The notes: a model not told the origin generated them from the sequence alone. Positions 1 to 12,640 are shown, numbered from the whole stretch's first letter. The stretch is DNA of 63,003 bases, filler included, from Octopus bimaculoides (GCF_001194135.2; 7 parts of 5 records of this genome joined end to end with filler, not necessarily neighbours in it); one strand, 5' to 3'. Numbers and translations: made by a program.

Positions 1-38
<38 letters not shown>
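1..38. repeat. (TA)n microsatellite
   Basis: Direct dinucleotide run. Many further (TA)n, (CA)n, (GA)n, (TATG)n, (TAGG)n and (GACA)n runs are scattered through the window, often next to N gaps, and are not listed individually. Confidence 0.95.
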
Positions 39-39
<1 letters not shown>

Positions 40-225
40 TATATATAAAATATTATTATTTTGATACATAATGTGATTATTTTTAGCTTTTAGCTTTTCC
101 AAAATAAATAAATAAAAATATAGAAAAATACAAAACAAAACTAACACAAACCTTATTTATATGATGGCTTGAAATATACATTTAATCTTCTGAATTCTAT
201 GAATTAAATGTGTTGCGTCCTCCTT

Positions 226-500
226 TTCCGTATCTTCTTCATCCCCTCCCCTCCTCTTCCTGCTTCTTCTCCACATTTCTCCCTTTCTCTTCCACTCTCC
301 CCTCCTCTTCCTTCTTACTTCTTCATCCTTCTCTTCTATTCTTCATCACTTCCTCTCCTCCAGCATCATTTTCTCCTCATTCTCCACTTGCTCTCCTCCA
401 CTTCTCTTCTTATTCTTCTCCTCTCTTCCTCTCCTCTCCCTCTTTCTCCTCTTCTTCTTATTCTTCTCTTATTCTTCTACTCCTCCTCTCCCTCATCGTC
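226..500. repeat. CT-rich low-complexity tract
   Basis: Almost purely C/T with degenerate CTT/CTC units. It explains the S/P/L/F-rich ORFs 208-555 and 210-545. Confidence 0.85.
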
Positions 501-551
501 GTATTTTTCCTTTTCCATTGTGAACTGTATGGATGGCTTTATTGAGTTCAC

Positions 552-848
552 ATAATCTACCTATGTGAAAGGCCTCTCATAAAAGATACAAAAGATATGC
601 GGCCCATATGGCATCAGGACATTATTCAAAAGTAATACAACACCTTGAAAATATCTTCGAAACCACCAATAGAAGAGAATATGACTAAGAACTGCGTGTA
701 CTCCATCCCATGCAGCTGTGGTAGGTTATACAAAGGCGAAACATATCACCCCCTCAAAATAAGGGTAGACGAACACCACAAAGCTGTGACACGAGGTATA
801 GCTGATCATGTATGGAAAAATGGAGACCATCTTCCCCTGTGGGATGAA
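552..848 (+). mobile_element. Penelope-like element, GIY-YIG endonuclease remnant (frameshifted, runs into gap)
   Basis: Translates to KIQKICGPYGIRTLFKSNT, then KNCVYSIPCSCGRLYKGETYHPLKIRVDEHHK..GIADHVW. This matches the PLE VYxIPCxCGxxYIGET..R..EH pattern. Confidence 0.85.
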
Positions 849-1636
849 NNNNNNNNNNNNNNNNNNNNNNNNNNNNNNNNNNNNNNNNNNNNNNNNNNNN
901 NNNNNNNNNNNNNNNNNNNNNNNNNNNNNNNNNNNNNNNNNNNNNNNNNNNNNNNNNNNNNNNNNNNNNNNNNNNNNNNNNNNNNNNNNNNNNNNNNNNN
1001 NNNNNNNNNNNNNNNNNNNNNNNNNNNNNNNNNNNNNNNNNNNNNNNNNNNNNNNNNNNNNNNNNNNNNNNNNNNNNNNNNNNNNNNNNNNNNNNNNNNN
1101 NNNNNNNNNNNNNNNNNNNNNNNNNNNNNNNNNNNNNNNNNNNNNNNNNNNNNNNNNNNNNNNNNNNNNNNNNNNNNNNNNNNNNNNNNNNNNNNNNNNN
1201 NNNNNNNNNNNNNNNNNNNNNNNNNNNNNNNNNNNNNNNNNNNNNNNNNNNNNNNNNNNNNNNNNNNNNNNNNNNNNNNNNNNNNNNNNNNNNNNNNNNN
1301 NNNNNNNNNNNNNNNNNNNNNNNNNNNNNNNNNNNNNNNNNNNNNNNNNNNNNNNNNNNNNNNNNNNNNNNNNNNNNNNNNNNNNNNNNNNNNNNNNNNN
1401 NNNNNNNNNNNNNNNNNNNNNNNNNNNNNNNNNNNNNNNNNNNNNNNNNNNNNNNNNNNNNNNNNNNNNNNNNNNNNNNNNNNNNNNNNNNNNNNNNNNN
1501 NNNNNNNNNNNNNNNNNNNNNNNNNNNNNNNNNNNNNNNNNNNNNNNNNNNNNNNNNNNNNNNNNNNNNNNNNNNNNNNNNNNNNNNNNNNNNNNNNNNN
1601 NNNNNNNNNNNNNNNTATGTGTATGTGTGTGCGTGA

Positions 1637-1669
<33 letters not shown>

Positions 1670-1694
1670 TGTGTGTGTGTGTGTGTGCGTGTGC

Positions 1695-1890
1695 GTGTGT
1701 GTCTTCCCACCAGTTTTGGTTTCTTTACATCCTTGTAACCTGGCAGTTCGGCAAAAAAGACGGACAAAAGAAGTACTAGGCTTAAAAAAAAGTTCTGGGA
1801 TAAATTCGTTTGACTACAAAAAAAAAAAAACCCTTGAAGGTAGTGCCCCAGCATGGTCACAATGAAATAACTGAAACAAAAGGTGAAAGG
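1695..1890 (+). mobile_element. SINE-2 family, 3' half
   Basis: Shares gtaac..gcggttcggcaaaa..gac, agtactaggctta and gtgccccagcatgg..c..aatga..ctgaaacaa with the full copy at 29120-29545. Confidence 0.65.
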
Positions 1891-2400
1891 TATATGGTTG
1901 TGCAGTCATAATAATAAAAAAACGACTGTAATACTAATTGAGGATCTTAAAAGAGTATTCTACTGCAAGAAGATCCAAATACTTCGGAGAGATATTGAGT
2001 GAAAGCTTGACTATCCGGTGGATGGCTTTCCTTTTACTTCTGGTTTACCAAATAATTTTGTTTACGAAAACTTCCTACAGTTAGTTTTCTCAGTGTTTTA
2101 TTATATCACAGTATTACTATTCTCAGAGTAGGAGTCATCGTAGCTCTGGACAGAACGCTAATGTATCGCAGGTGTATTAGATTGAAAACATAGTGAATTA
2201 CAGCTCCCGTATGGTACTTATTTTACAGTTACTTAACCTGAGCCATTTAGAATTAAGTGACTTTGATGGAGATATAACACACTGATGGCGATTGATCAGA
2301 TTTCATAATAGGTTTTGGCCACAAGAGCCAGTATCCTAACAACTCAGCTGGCTATGTCTCAGTAGGGTTAATAAGATAAATTTCTCATTGACAAACTGAT

Positions 2401-2421
2401 GTGGGAGAGAGAGAGAGAGAA

Positions 2422-2480
<59 letters not shown>

Positions 2481-2484
2481 GAGA
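2401..2484. repeat. (GA)n microsatellite
   Basis: Direct repeat run. Confidence 0.9.
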
Positions 2485-4211
2485 AGTAGAAGGCGGCCGA
2501 CTGAAAAGACATAATTCGTGTTACATGATTACCTCCATACTTGTAATTCATTAAGTTTGGTGATCAAATTAATTTACAGTGTCATTAAGAATACGACCTC
2601 GAAATTTGACAGACTTAAAGAAAGTAGTACTTATTGAGTGATATTCAAACAAGCGTGTAATTATTCCGGATTAACAGAATCAAATCAAATCGAGCATATA
2701 TCAGCATAACACAAACGAGTAGATAATTTCAACTTCCATCGATAAACAGCACAAATGAAATCGTATATGACAACTGTAGCTATAGAACGATTAAATTTTG
2801 AATTACCTTATATAATGTTACAGTAGGTAAAAATCACGATCAAAATGTGTGTTGGTAAAATACAACAGAAATGAAACGAGAGAATGAGAGTGAAAGGCAA
2901 AGCTTCAGGAAAGTGTATAAGTATAAGCACAAAATGTGATTACAGAGTGGAGAACTGATGTAAAGAATACTAAATAGAAATAGACGAACTGACTGTCAAG
3001 GCTTAAATAAACAAACAACTAAAGGAAGAAGGGAACAGCAGCTGCATCTTAGAAAGAAACGAAGAGTGGGGAATGAACGAAATACAGTTATTGTCAAGTG
3101 AAACATAAATTAGTCAGCTTTCAACAATTTCGGACTCAGAGGATTTGAATAGTTTAAACTGAAACAGTTCGCAAGTTAGATGTTTCTTTGGAATTGCTGA
3201 CGCGAAGCAAAAGCACAGAAATCTTTGGTATATTAAAAAAGAAGATACAAATACGCTATATGTATTATATTTATGTACCCAACAAAATGAGTTTTCGTTA
3301 TTTCAAAGTTGTTATCTAGCAATTGACTTGATCTGAGACGGTGCGTTGAAACTGAAGCAACTACATCACGGAAGAAGAGCTATTTATTAACACACAAAAT
3401 TGTTAGATACACTTTTATTTTATTTTATTTCATGAGGTGTCAAAATTGCTGTGTAACTGTAACAGTGACCAGGTCGCAGTTGCGCGACGAAAACTTTTTA
3501 CTTTTCATGAAATATATTTAAAGTTAATCTAACAGCTTTACGTATCATTAAATGGCTTTTCCACGAAGTAGTTGGTTGTCTTTTATTTTGTGAGATATCA
3601 AAAGTGATTTCAAATATACACCTACGTGTGAACACATCGAGTGTCTTAACTGTTTTTCTTTTATCATTAAATCATGGTTTAATAATATAAAATTTCGTTG
3701 AACTGGAGCGACTACTAATGAATTTCCTCTTTATTGTTCTTGTCTCGATTGTTTAACCGGGTGAGAAAAAAAACAAAACAAAAGGAGTACTCAAGTTTAT
3801 ATGTTCCTTTATTTGAAGCTAACATTTGACTTTTGTTGCTATTCTGAGTTTCTCTTTCTAAACATATGCGTTGACAGTTAATTGGGACTATGAACTACAT
3901 GGATTACCAACAGGCATACAACTTGTATACTTGTCTGCCTTAATGCTGTTAATTAGTTTGGTGGTCAAAACAGCTTGGCAGTAAACATTTTCAATTACAA
4001 ACGATATTTTAACAACTTTGTAGTCATGTATTTACTCAAACACACAAACATTTTTGTTTTTCAGCTTACATAAACATATAAAGACGAGAATGTAGAGATT
4101 TGGGATTTGAGAAAGAGCATAAAGGTAGAAAAAATCCCAACAAACTAGGATTCTTGGCTTTTACCCAGGTGACTTAAGTTCAATTCTCGGTGTGGGATCG
4201 GTGGTATTTAT

Positions 4212-4359
4212 AGATGCAGGCGTAGTTCTGTGGTAAGGAGTTAGATTCTGAACCACATGATGCTGGGTTCAGTCCCACTGCATGGCATCTTGGGCAGGTA
4301 TTTTCTATAATAGCTCCGGGACATCTAAAGGATTTGGAGGAACGAAACTGAAAGAATCG

Positions 4360-4390
<31 letters not shown>

Positions 4391-4428
4391 CTGATACAGG
4401 GTAAAATTAATAAGTTTACCGACAATGG

Positions 4429-4527
<99 letters not shown>

Positions 4528-4595
4528 TATAACACTTCAAGATAATGCTCCAGCATGGCCGCTGTCCAATGAATTAAGTAAAAGAAGATAAAAGA
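4212..4595 (+). mobile_element. SINE-2 family copy with expanded internal (TA)n
   Basis: tRNA-like head (gtggtaag...gggttcagtcccactgcatggcatcttgggcaggt), then gaaactgaaagaa, a (TA)n tract, and the tail gctccagcatggccgc. Homologous to 29120-29545. Confidence 0.65.
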
Positions 4596-4875
4596 TTGGT
4601 ATGCCATGTATCCTATATTTGATCAGAGGATGTACACGTATTTCATTAAAATATGGCCAAGCGTGAGCTGTATCCAACTTTTGACAGAATTCTATAAGAT
4701 GTTTATATCTAAACACAGAGTAACGAGTAACATTAGTTCAATTGGTGATCTCATCTGACTGGAAAAAGCTTTTAGCGCTGAAGATTCTTACGCATTGTAA
4801 AACTAGAAAATTTTGATAATGTATTTATTGAATTTATCAAATAAAGAGTGTTTTCTTTTTAATATTCATGAAATC

Positions 4876-5230
4876 AAGGCGTCGAGCTGGCAGAAACGTT
4901 AGCACGCCGGGCGAAATGCTTAGCGGTATTTCGTCTGCCGCTACGTTCTGAGTTCAAATTCCACCGAGGTCGACTTTGCCTTTCATCCTTTCAGGGTCGA
5001 TTAAATAAGTATCAGTTACGCACTGGGATCTATATAATCGACTTAATCCGTTTGTCTGTCCTTGTTTGTGCCCTCTGTGTGTAGCCCCTTGTGGGCAGTA
5101 AAGAAATAAACGTTAGCATGCCTTTCATCCTTTCGGGGTCGATAAATTAAGTACCAGTTGCGTACTGGGGTCGATCTAATCGACAGGCCCCCTCCCCCAA
5201 AATTTCAGGCCTTGTGCCTAGAGTAGAAAA
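4876..5230 (+). mobile_element. SINE-1 dimer: full tRNA-headed copy with tail A plus truncated copy with tail B
   Basis: A-box-like tggcagaaacgttag and B-box gagttcaaattcc. The core gcctttcatcctttc(a/g)gggtcgat occurs twice. 16-bp direct repeat taatattcatgaaatc at 4860-4875 and 5231-5246. Confidence 0.9.
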
Positions 5231-6094
5231 TAATATTCATGAAATCCTTGTCCCCTCTAAAATATCAACAAATATCTGTACTGGTTGTCCAAATATAATT
5301 TATGTTCTTTTTTTTTCTACCTGGTTNNNNNNNNNNNNNNNNNNNNNNNNNNNNNNNNNNNNNNNNNNNNNNNNNNNNNNNNNNNNNNNNNNNNNNNNNN
5401 NNNNNNNNNNNNNNNNNNNNNNNNNNNNNNNNNNNNNNNNNNNNNNNNNNNNNNNACTTATTCCACTTTCACACAAGCACACACACACTCACACAAAAAG
5501 ACACTTGTCAGATTTTTGAAATTTCCCCAAAATTATTTCCAATTTTGTTGAAATCAAATAATTCACTGAATTAAGATTTAAAAAAAAAGTATGTTTATTG
5601 ATAACCAAAATTAAATAGCAAATGCTTCCAGCAATTATTATCTTTGAGTTTAAAAATAAAAATAAACTCTTTTCTTCATATTATCAGCGAGATTTTTTTC
5701 CAGAAATATTAGTTCAAATTTTTACCACTTTCTGAATTGCTACAAATAAAATATTCCAAGTCTTTTTTTTAAAGATTTCAAATTCAATTTACATTTAATC
5801 ATCTACCAAAACATTTTCTATCATGGTTCAGTTATGAAGATTTTTCTGGTCAAAACCAAGATTCAAGTGTTATAATTCTGGAGGAACTTTTCAATAAATT
5901 TGGTAAAATGATTTGGTATTTTTTTGTTTTTTAGTCAGGAGGGAAAGTAATGCCCGTGATCCTTAACAGAGTCTCCAAGACTGGTGGATGCATCCAGTTA
6001 GCTTGAAACTGGGTTCCTGTTCCGAATGCTTGGAACGGAATAGGATCTACTAAGGACATCTAAGGCGCCAAGTTGCGGTATTAAACTGGGTGAC

Positions 6095-6300
6095 GGATTA
6101 AGTTAACCACGCAAATAGGCCATGGTGGCATTTGAACTGATTGCTACTTTTTTTAATCAATCCCAAGAAGATGAAAAGTAAAGTTGACCTCAGCAGCATT
6201 TGAACTCAGGACGAATACAATCGAAACAAATGTCACGAGACATTCTATCCAACACTCCAACGACGTTTTTCCAGCTCTTTATCTTTTATGCCGCCATGCT
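6095..6300 (-). mobile_element. SINE-1 family, degenerate copy
   Basis: gatgaaaagtaaagttgacctcagcagcatttgaactcagga resembles the reverse-strand SINE-1 core. Confidence 0.5.
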
Positions 6301-6399
6301 CAACTTTACTTTTGTTTCTTTTGGGATCGATGAAATAAAGTATCCTAAAATTACTGGCCTTGTTCTGAAAAGAGAAAGTCTTTCATCAGGTGCTCATCG

Positions 6400-7000
6400 C
6401 CCTTTACCAGTTGGACGTAGCCTCATGGTTTTTGGTGTTTGTCACTGAATAGTTTTGGATTATATTTTTCTCTGAGAGGCAATTTGCTACTCTTCTAAGG
6501 GAATCAAGATAGTTAGGTAATAGTTCGGCGATAGAGTGTTGCATTGATATTACTTCTGTGTTTGTATTTGGAAGTTAACTCTCTGTCCACTGTAAAGGGT
6601 GCATATTTTGCTTGTATTTTTTGAAAGAGACTTTGAAAGACCATTGAAGGCTTCCTGACACTTTTCTCTTTAAGCATCAAGGTTTATTTACATAAAAACG
6701 TTACGTTCTACCTAGTTGACTTGCGGAATGTTGTATCTAGTTAGTTCTTTTTTTTTATGTTCAAGAATGTTTATGTCACTCTAATATAGCTGGTCTGCTT
6801 GCCGTTGATAATTATTACTTTAACATGGAATGCAATATTCTTCTTCTGGCATTTACAGTTAAAGGAGCAATTATTTGAGGGATTGTAAATACCTGTGGTT
6901 TCAAGCTCGTTTATATAACTAACCATTTTGTGATTATGTTTTTGTCTGATAATTCTTATCTAAAGTATGCAACTTTGGTCACATGTCATGTTGGTTTAGT
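6400..7000 (-). mobile_element. Penelope-like element, degenerate GIY-YIG C-terminal region
   Basis: Minus-strand frames give SC..IRII..HNHK, CKCQKKN, TSYIRVT and CLSEKNII. These match the PLE SYSC..N..II..HNxK / CNCRxK / YIGxT / CxLCLxEKxxI series, with many frameshifts. Confidence 0.5.
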
Positions 7001-8065
7001 TACAGAACACGTAGTTCTGTCGCCATTATCGGAAAATACTTCCTGAATAATACTAGAAAGATTTTGGTCAAGGTCCCATATTACTATTACACCGAAGGTC
7101 GAAGCAATTAACCCTCCCTGTTACGGTTCTCTTTTTCAGTGGATTTTGGCCTTGTTGGGGCATCATTGTGAAATTTTAAATCTCAAAACAGGCGTATATG
7201 CATGTATATGTTCGCGTTTATGCATATATATATTATTCAATGTTTGTTTTTTTTTATGTAAAGTTATACATACATAAATACATACATACATACATATGCA
7301 TGTATATATATATATATTTATATATAAACTTTGAAGGCACTGCAAGGCTTTTCCTTGTATTTTAACAGTGAGAATTAATGAAGGAAAACGCCATGTACAG
7401 GTCGTTATATACACATATGAAATATATTTATAAGTCGTTTGAAAAATGTAATACATTTGTTTAAATGTCATTCAATGTACAGAAATAATATCTTTCTACT
7501 ATTTGAAACAGAAAATAATGCGCAAGCATATTAATAACACACTGCATAATATATATTCCCTCCCTAATCTCAGTACTTATGTAGTTAACTGATATACAGA
7601 TGAAACAATATGGGTACATGGAGACACTGACAATTTGAAGTCGTTAAAAACAATCCAAAAATAAGATATAAAATCTAATATCTTTGTCTTCGACTTCAAA
7701 TTTAAGATACATACTCATAAAAAGTAAGAACAATAACAAAATGACAAAGACTATTTTTCAGCAAAACTAAATGCATTGTAATTAACTGTAACAAAATGAT
7801 TAAAATTGGCAGTTTTAATTACATACAAACAAACGCAGGCCTAACACATACGTATGTACATAGATCAGTGCGTATTCATAGATATATATGTAGAGAGATA
7901 CATACATTCATAAGTACATACAAGTTTGAATATATACATGCATACATATATACATACAAGCTTACATGCATACGTAGAAAGACATATGATTGCGCATATA
8001 TACTTACATACGTTCATACATATACAGATGGGCACAAATACACATTCGCACGTATATAACTTTGC

Positions 8066-8102
<37 letters not shown>

Positions 8103-9523
8103 CACACACATATACATATGTACATATATATGTATATTTACATACTTGCTTTTATATATAAGTATATGTATATTTATATATATGTGTGTATATATATATA
8201 TATATGTAAATATATATATATATATATATATNNNNNNNNNNNNNNNNNNNNNNNNNNNNNNNNNNNNNNNNNNNNNNNNNNNNNNNNNNNNNNNNNNNNN
8301 NNNNNNNNNNNNNNNNNNNNNNNNNNNNNNNNNNNNNNNNNNNNNNNNNNNNNNNNNNNNNNNNNNNNNNNNNNNNNNNNNNNNNNNNNNNNNNNNNNNN
8401 NNNNNNNNNNNNNNNNNNNNNNNNNNNNNNNNNNNNNNNNNNNNNNNNNNNNNNNNNNNNNNNNNNNNNNNNNNNNNNNNNNNNNNNNNNNNNNNNNNNN
8501 NNNNNNNNNNNNNNNNNNNNNNNNNNNNNNNNNNNNNNNNNNNNNNNNNNNNNNNNNNNNNNNNNNNNNNNNNNNNNNNNNNNNNNNNNNNNNNNNNNNN
8601 NNNNNNNNNNNNNNNNNNNNNNNNNNNNNNNNNNNNNNNNNNNNNNNNNNNNNNNNNNNNNNNNNNNNNNNNNNNNNNNACTCACACACACACACACACA
8701 CTCACACAACCCTTCACGTATTCTTTTGAAATATATATTGAGCTACTTCACAATTTAGCATAATGACATTTTGTGAAGAATCTGTGAAAATTGCAATTTT
8801 AGAAAATTACTTTACATCTGTAAAAATATCGTTTTTATTACTTTGCATTATTTGTTTATTTATATATTTATTAGTTATCCATTATTAAAGAAAAATAATT
8901 ATTTCTTTTATTACTTATGACTAATTCCGAAAATAAATTTCAAAATACACTTGAAACGCATTTTAGAACGTTAGAAGTAGCAGAGTCGTGAGTTGGTGAA
9001 TTCGCCGTCGGCATTGTGTTGGCTTCTTTGACAAGAAGCTGTCATTTGTACATGACATTGAAATAGAGTAACAGATCTATTCCTCGTCGGCATTACTAGG
9101 TGAACTTAAAGTGGTACTTCATTCCAACAATTTCTTTTTTTTTACTGATGTGAGAGTATGTGATTTTCATGCCTTTTACGAGATCAAATTGAAAACGCGT
9201 AGGAGTATCTACTTTAAGCATTTGTTTTGCTCGGCCTGCTGAAAACACAACCAAATTTCTTTCTATTTCATCATACCTTCAAAAACGTGAACGTCACAAC
9301 GATTAGTGTAGCTCTAGATTGAGTATGTACGAATATATATGAGAGGATGGGCACGGATGGAAATCTTTCCATTGTAAGTCTGCTTATGAAGGCTTAATTA
9401 TGACTAAACATTAAGAATAAGAAGACCAGATTAGATCTGTATGTCATAAGTCATATAAATGTCAACAAAAGTACCTCTCCGAGCTGTGCGTATGATGAAT
9501 ATTTAAATTTGAACTGCAATATT

Positions 9524-9742
9524 GCTTTCCAATTTTGGCACAACGCCAACAATTTCTGGAAAGTGGATAAGTCGATGACATCGACCCCAGTACTCAACCG
9601 GTGCTTATTTTATCGGTCCTGAAAAGATGAAAGGCAAAGTCGACTTCGGCAGAATTTGAACTCAGAACGCAAAGACGGACAAAATGCTTGCTTAAGCATT
9701 TTGTCCGTCGTACGAACGTTTCTGTCAGTAGCTCGCTGCGTT
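9524..9742 (-). mobile_element. SINE-1 copy with tail C and 18-bp TSD
   Basis: SINE-1 core and head on the minus strand. Perfect direct repeat aatttgaactgcaatatt at 9506-9523 and 9743-9760. Confidence 0.9.
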
Positions 9743-10381
9743 AATTTGAACTGCAATATTAAGTGAACAAAGCTGTTGTGAATTATCGAGGTCAGCTTTC
9801 CTTTTCTCTTTTCGGGAGATTGATAAAATAAAGTAGGCAAGTACTGAAATCGGTTAAATCAGTTATAGCTACCCCCATATTGGAAGCTCGATTATATATA
9901 GTTTCTCCTTCCTCTAATGCTTCCAGGTATGAGCCTCCGTCGATAAAGGCTTTTCNNNNNNNNNNNNNNNNNNNNNNNNNNNNNNNNNNNNNNNNNNNNN
10001 NNNNNNNNNNNNNNNNNNNNNNNNNNNNNNNNNNNNNNNNNNNNNNNNNNNNNNNNNNNNNNNNNNNNNNNNNNNNNNNNNNNNNNNNNNNNNNNNNNNN
10101 NNNNNNNNNNNNNNNNNNNNNNNNNNNNNNNNNNNNNNNNNNNNNNNNNNNNNNNNNNNNNNNNNNNNNNNNNNNNNNNNNNNNNNNNNNNNNNNNNNNN
10201 NNNNNNNNNNNNNNNNNNNNNNNNNNNNNNNNNNNNNNNNNNNNNNNNNNNNNNNNNNNNNNNNNNNNNNNNNNNNNNNNNNNNNNNNNNNNNNNNNNNN
10301 NNNNNNNNNNNNNNNNNNNNNNNNNNNNNNNNNNNNNNNNNNNNNNNNNNNNNNNNNGTGGTGAGTTGTAACGCAAAGAAT

Positions 10382-11520
10382 ATATATATAAAAATAAAAG
10401 AAGGAAAATGTACACAGTTTACATAGTTTTAATATTTTTTAAATGAAAGAGTATAGTCGTTGTCAAGCGGTTTCGCTTTCGCTAATAGAGACACTATCCG
10501 CCCCCACTTGTAGATGATGGAACTGAAAGGTGTCAAGAAAATAGGCATTAAAACACTAAATGAAACAAAACAAAACACCACACCACATCTCAAAATACTA
10601 CCGAATATATCAACTCACAACCCTAGAAACAATGAGGCATACAACACTATTGTACAAAACCCATCCAAAACCTATCCAAAACACATACATTCATCAAACG
10701 TAAGAAGCAACCCAAATCGCTGAAAAGACTTCTGACAAATGCGAAGCTTTACACAACAACCACGAAACCAATGGTTAAAGATATGGATGTCCAAGCTGTG
10801 GAACATGCCCCAACCCACTGGAAGGCTCGGAATTCCAATTCAAACAAGGAGAGAGGTTCACAATTAAGACCAATTTCACTGATGCATCCGAGGATTTAAT
10901 TTATGTTATAACTTGTTCAGGTTGTAGCCCTGATTATATAGGACAGACAAGTACGGCACTTAGACGGCGAACCACACTACATAAGGAACAGATCCATCTC
11001 CCAAAGTTTAGACAGATACCTTTGAGTGAACACATAGAGGGATATGCAGGGAATATTCAACCGAATTTCACATTTTTCTTCATCTACCAGTGCAAAGAAA
11101 CAATTTCTGTACCAGAGCGATTAAGTAAAGAAGATTTATTTATCGAAAAATACAGAACACACCTAAATATGAACGCATAACCAACTTTAGTCTTAGTATA
11201 TATTTTAACTCATGATCACATAGCCATCATTGCACATATTATTTCACATTGTTTATTTATCCCACCTGAAAAATGAGCAATTACCTCCCATGTCCCGAGT
11301 AATAACTATCACCAGTTACCTTCCCTTAGATTTTTCTTCTTGTTAATTCATTCACAAGCTTTCATATCACATTATGGAGTAAAATGCGAAATTACAATAA
11401 TTTCAATGTCATGATTAGCGAAAGCGAAACCGGTCGACAACCACAATACTCTTTCATTTAAAATATATCTAAACTGTGTAAACTGCGTGCATTTTCCTCT
11501 TTTATATATATGTATATATA
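10382..11520 (+). mobile_element. Penelope-like element 3' part with inverted terminal repeat
   Basis: Stop-free frame 10779-11180: RYGCPSCGTCPN..DLIYVITCSGCSPDYIGQTSTALRRRTTLHKEQI..PLSEHI..KEDLFIEKY..LN (Zn linker plus GIY-YIG). The in-register upstream FIKRKKQPKSLKRLLTNA is frameshifted. About 110-bp inverted repeat at 10382-10493 and 11407-11520. Confidence 0.85.
11407..11439 (+). ncRNA. Minimal type I hammerhead ribozyme motif, degenerate core
   Basis: tgtc-ATGATTA-gc gaaa gc-GAAA-ccgg-TC-gaca. Stem I is tgtc/gaca, stem II has 2 bp with a GAAA loop, stem III is the palindrome ACCGGU, and the site is GUC. The core differs from CUGAUGA at 2 positions. Confidence 0.55.
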
Positions 11521-11704
11521 CCTCACACAGGTATAGGCAAGATTTTTTTTGAGGAAGACTGGTGATTATTTATGGGTACAATGTCCTTTCTTCACGCCAT
11601 GGAATTTAATCTAAGGGAAAGATCACCGATGCAGCTTGGAACCGGTGACGCCACAGGCCTTGTTAGAATGCAAGGATCAGCTACTACAATGAATCTTGCA
11701 CGAC

Positions 11705-11835
11705 TCCTCTAAACATTTTGCCATGATACTTTTGTATCAACTCCGAAAGATGAAAATTAAAGTTGACTCCAATGAGATTTGGAAAAAATACTGCAAGGTA
11801 TTTTATTCAAGGCGCTTATCAATGACTATTCCAGT
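11705..11835 (-). mobile_element. SINE-1 family, degenerate copy
   Basis: tatcaactccgaaagatgaaaattaaagttgactcc resembles the SINE-1 core. Confidence 0.4.
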
Positions 11836-11879
11836 TCGTCCCCTTCAATACGGAAGGAGTGAAGGGAGTGGATGAAAAC

Positions 11880-12055
11880 AAGAGGTTGACTCTGGACTTG
11901 GGCAGCTCACGTTTTCCTTGTGCTCCTGCAATCCTGATCTGTTCGTAGGAGGTGGTACCTCTGTTGGTATAGCTACGCCAGGCAGGGCGGTCTTGTGCTT
12001 ACATTTCCAAGTTGTCGGGGTTGATCTGAAAGTACTTCAGTGAGGCTTTGAGTGG
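11880..12055 (-). mobile_element. RTE-clade LINE, ORF C-terminal remnant
   Basis: Minus strand reads LKASLKYFQINPDNLEM*AQDRPAWRSYTNRGTTSYEQIRIAGAQGKRELPKSR. This is the RTE/BovB-type LKxSLK..WE..AQDR..WR..G..YE..R terminus. Confidence 0.75.
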
Positions 12056-12324
12056 GACTAAAATCCATCTTCATGAACGAATATTGTAAGACAGAATAAC
12101 ACTTGAGGGTACATATTCAACGAATTGGCCGTCGTTTCATTTAGGCTATGGAGATGGTACACCGTTGACCTGTTTAGCTGTAGCTTCATAAAATATGGAG
12201 TATTACTTAATAACATCTTTTCTTTCTTCCTGGGTTTTCGACTCCCGATGGAGTCATAGGGACAACATCGTGGCATATATCACGCCTTTGACAATTTGAA
12301 ACTTGCGGAGTCTATCCCTACCTG

Positions 12325-12331
12325 TTCTGGG

Positions 12332-12369
<38 letters not shown>

Positions 12370-12437
12370 CTTCTTCTTCTTCTTCTTCTTCTTCTTCTTC
12401 TTCTTCTTCTTCTTCTTCTTCTTCTTCTTCTTCTTCT
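12325..12437. repeat. Compound (GTT)n(CTT)n microsatellite
   Basis: Direct repeat run. Confidence 0.95.
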
Positions 12438-12489
12438 AGAAGGTGAGAGATGGAGGGAGAGAGAGAGAGAAAGAGAGGGAGACGAAATG

Positions 12490-12640
12490 ACTCCAGTACT
12501 ATACAGATGCTTTACTTATCGACCTCGAAAAAATGAATGTCAAAGTTAACTTAGGATTAGAACTCACAACGTAGAGAGCTGGAAATAATGATGCAGGGCT
12601 TTCTATCCGATACCCTAAAGATTCTGTCAACTTGCCACCT
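12490..12640 (-). mobile_element. SINE-1 family, degenerate copy
   Basis: ccagtactatacagatgctttacttatcgacctcgaaaaaatgaatgtcaaagttaac..agaactcacaacgta, then head-like gattctgtcaacttgcc. Confidence 0.4.

Noticed and set aside
6365-6395. Minus-strand cctgatgaaagac at the end of the 6400-7000 PLE remnant
   Set aside because: Position fits a terminal-repeat hammerhead but GAAA and stems I and III are not recoverable.
9000-9290. Minus-strand donor (aag/gtatga) and acceptor (gttttcag) with a short open frame GRAKQMLKVD...
   Set aside because: The implied intron is only 38 bp and no protein family is recognised.
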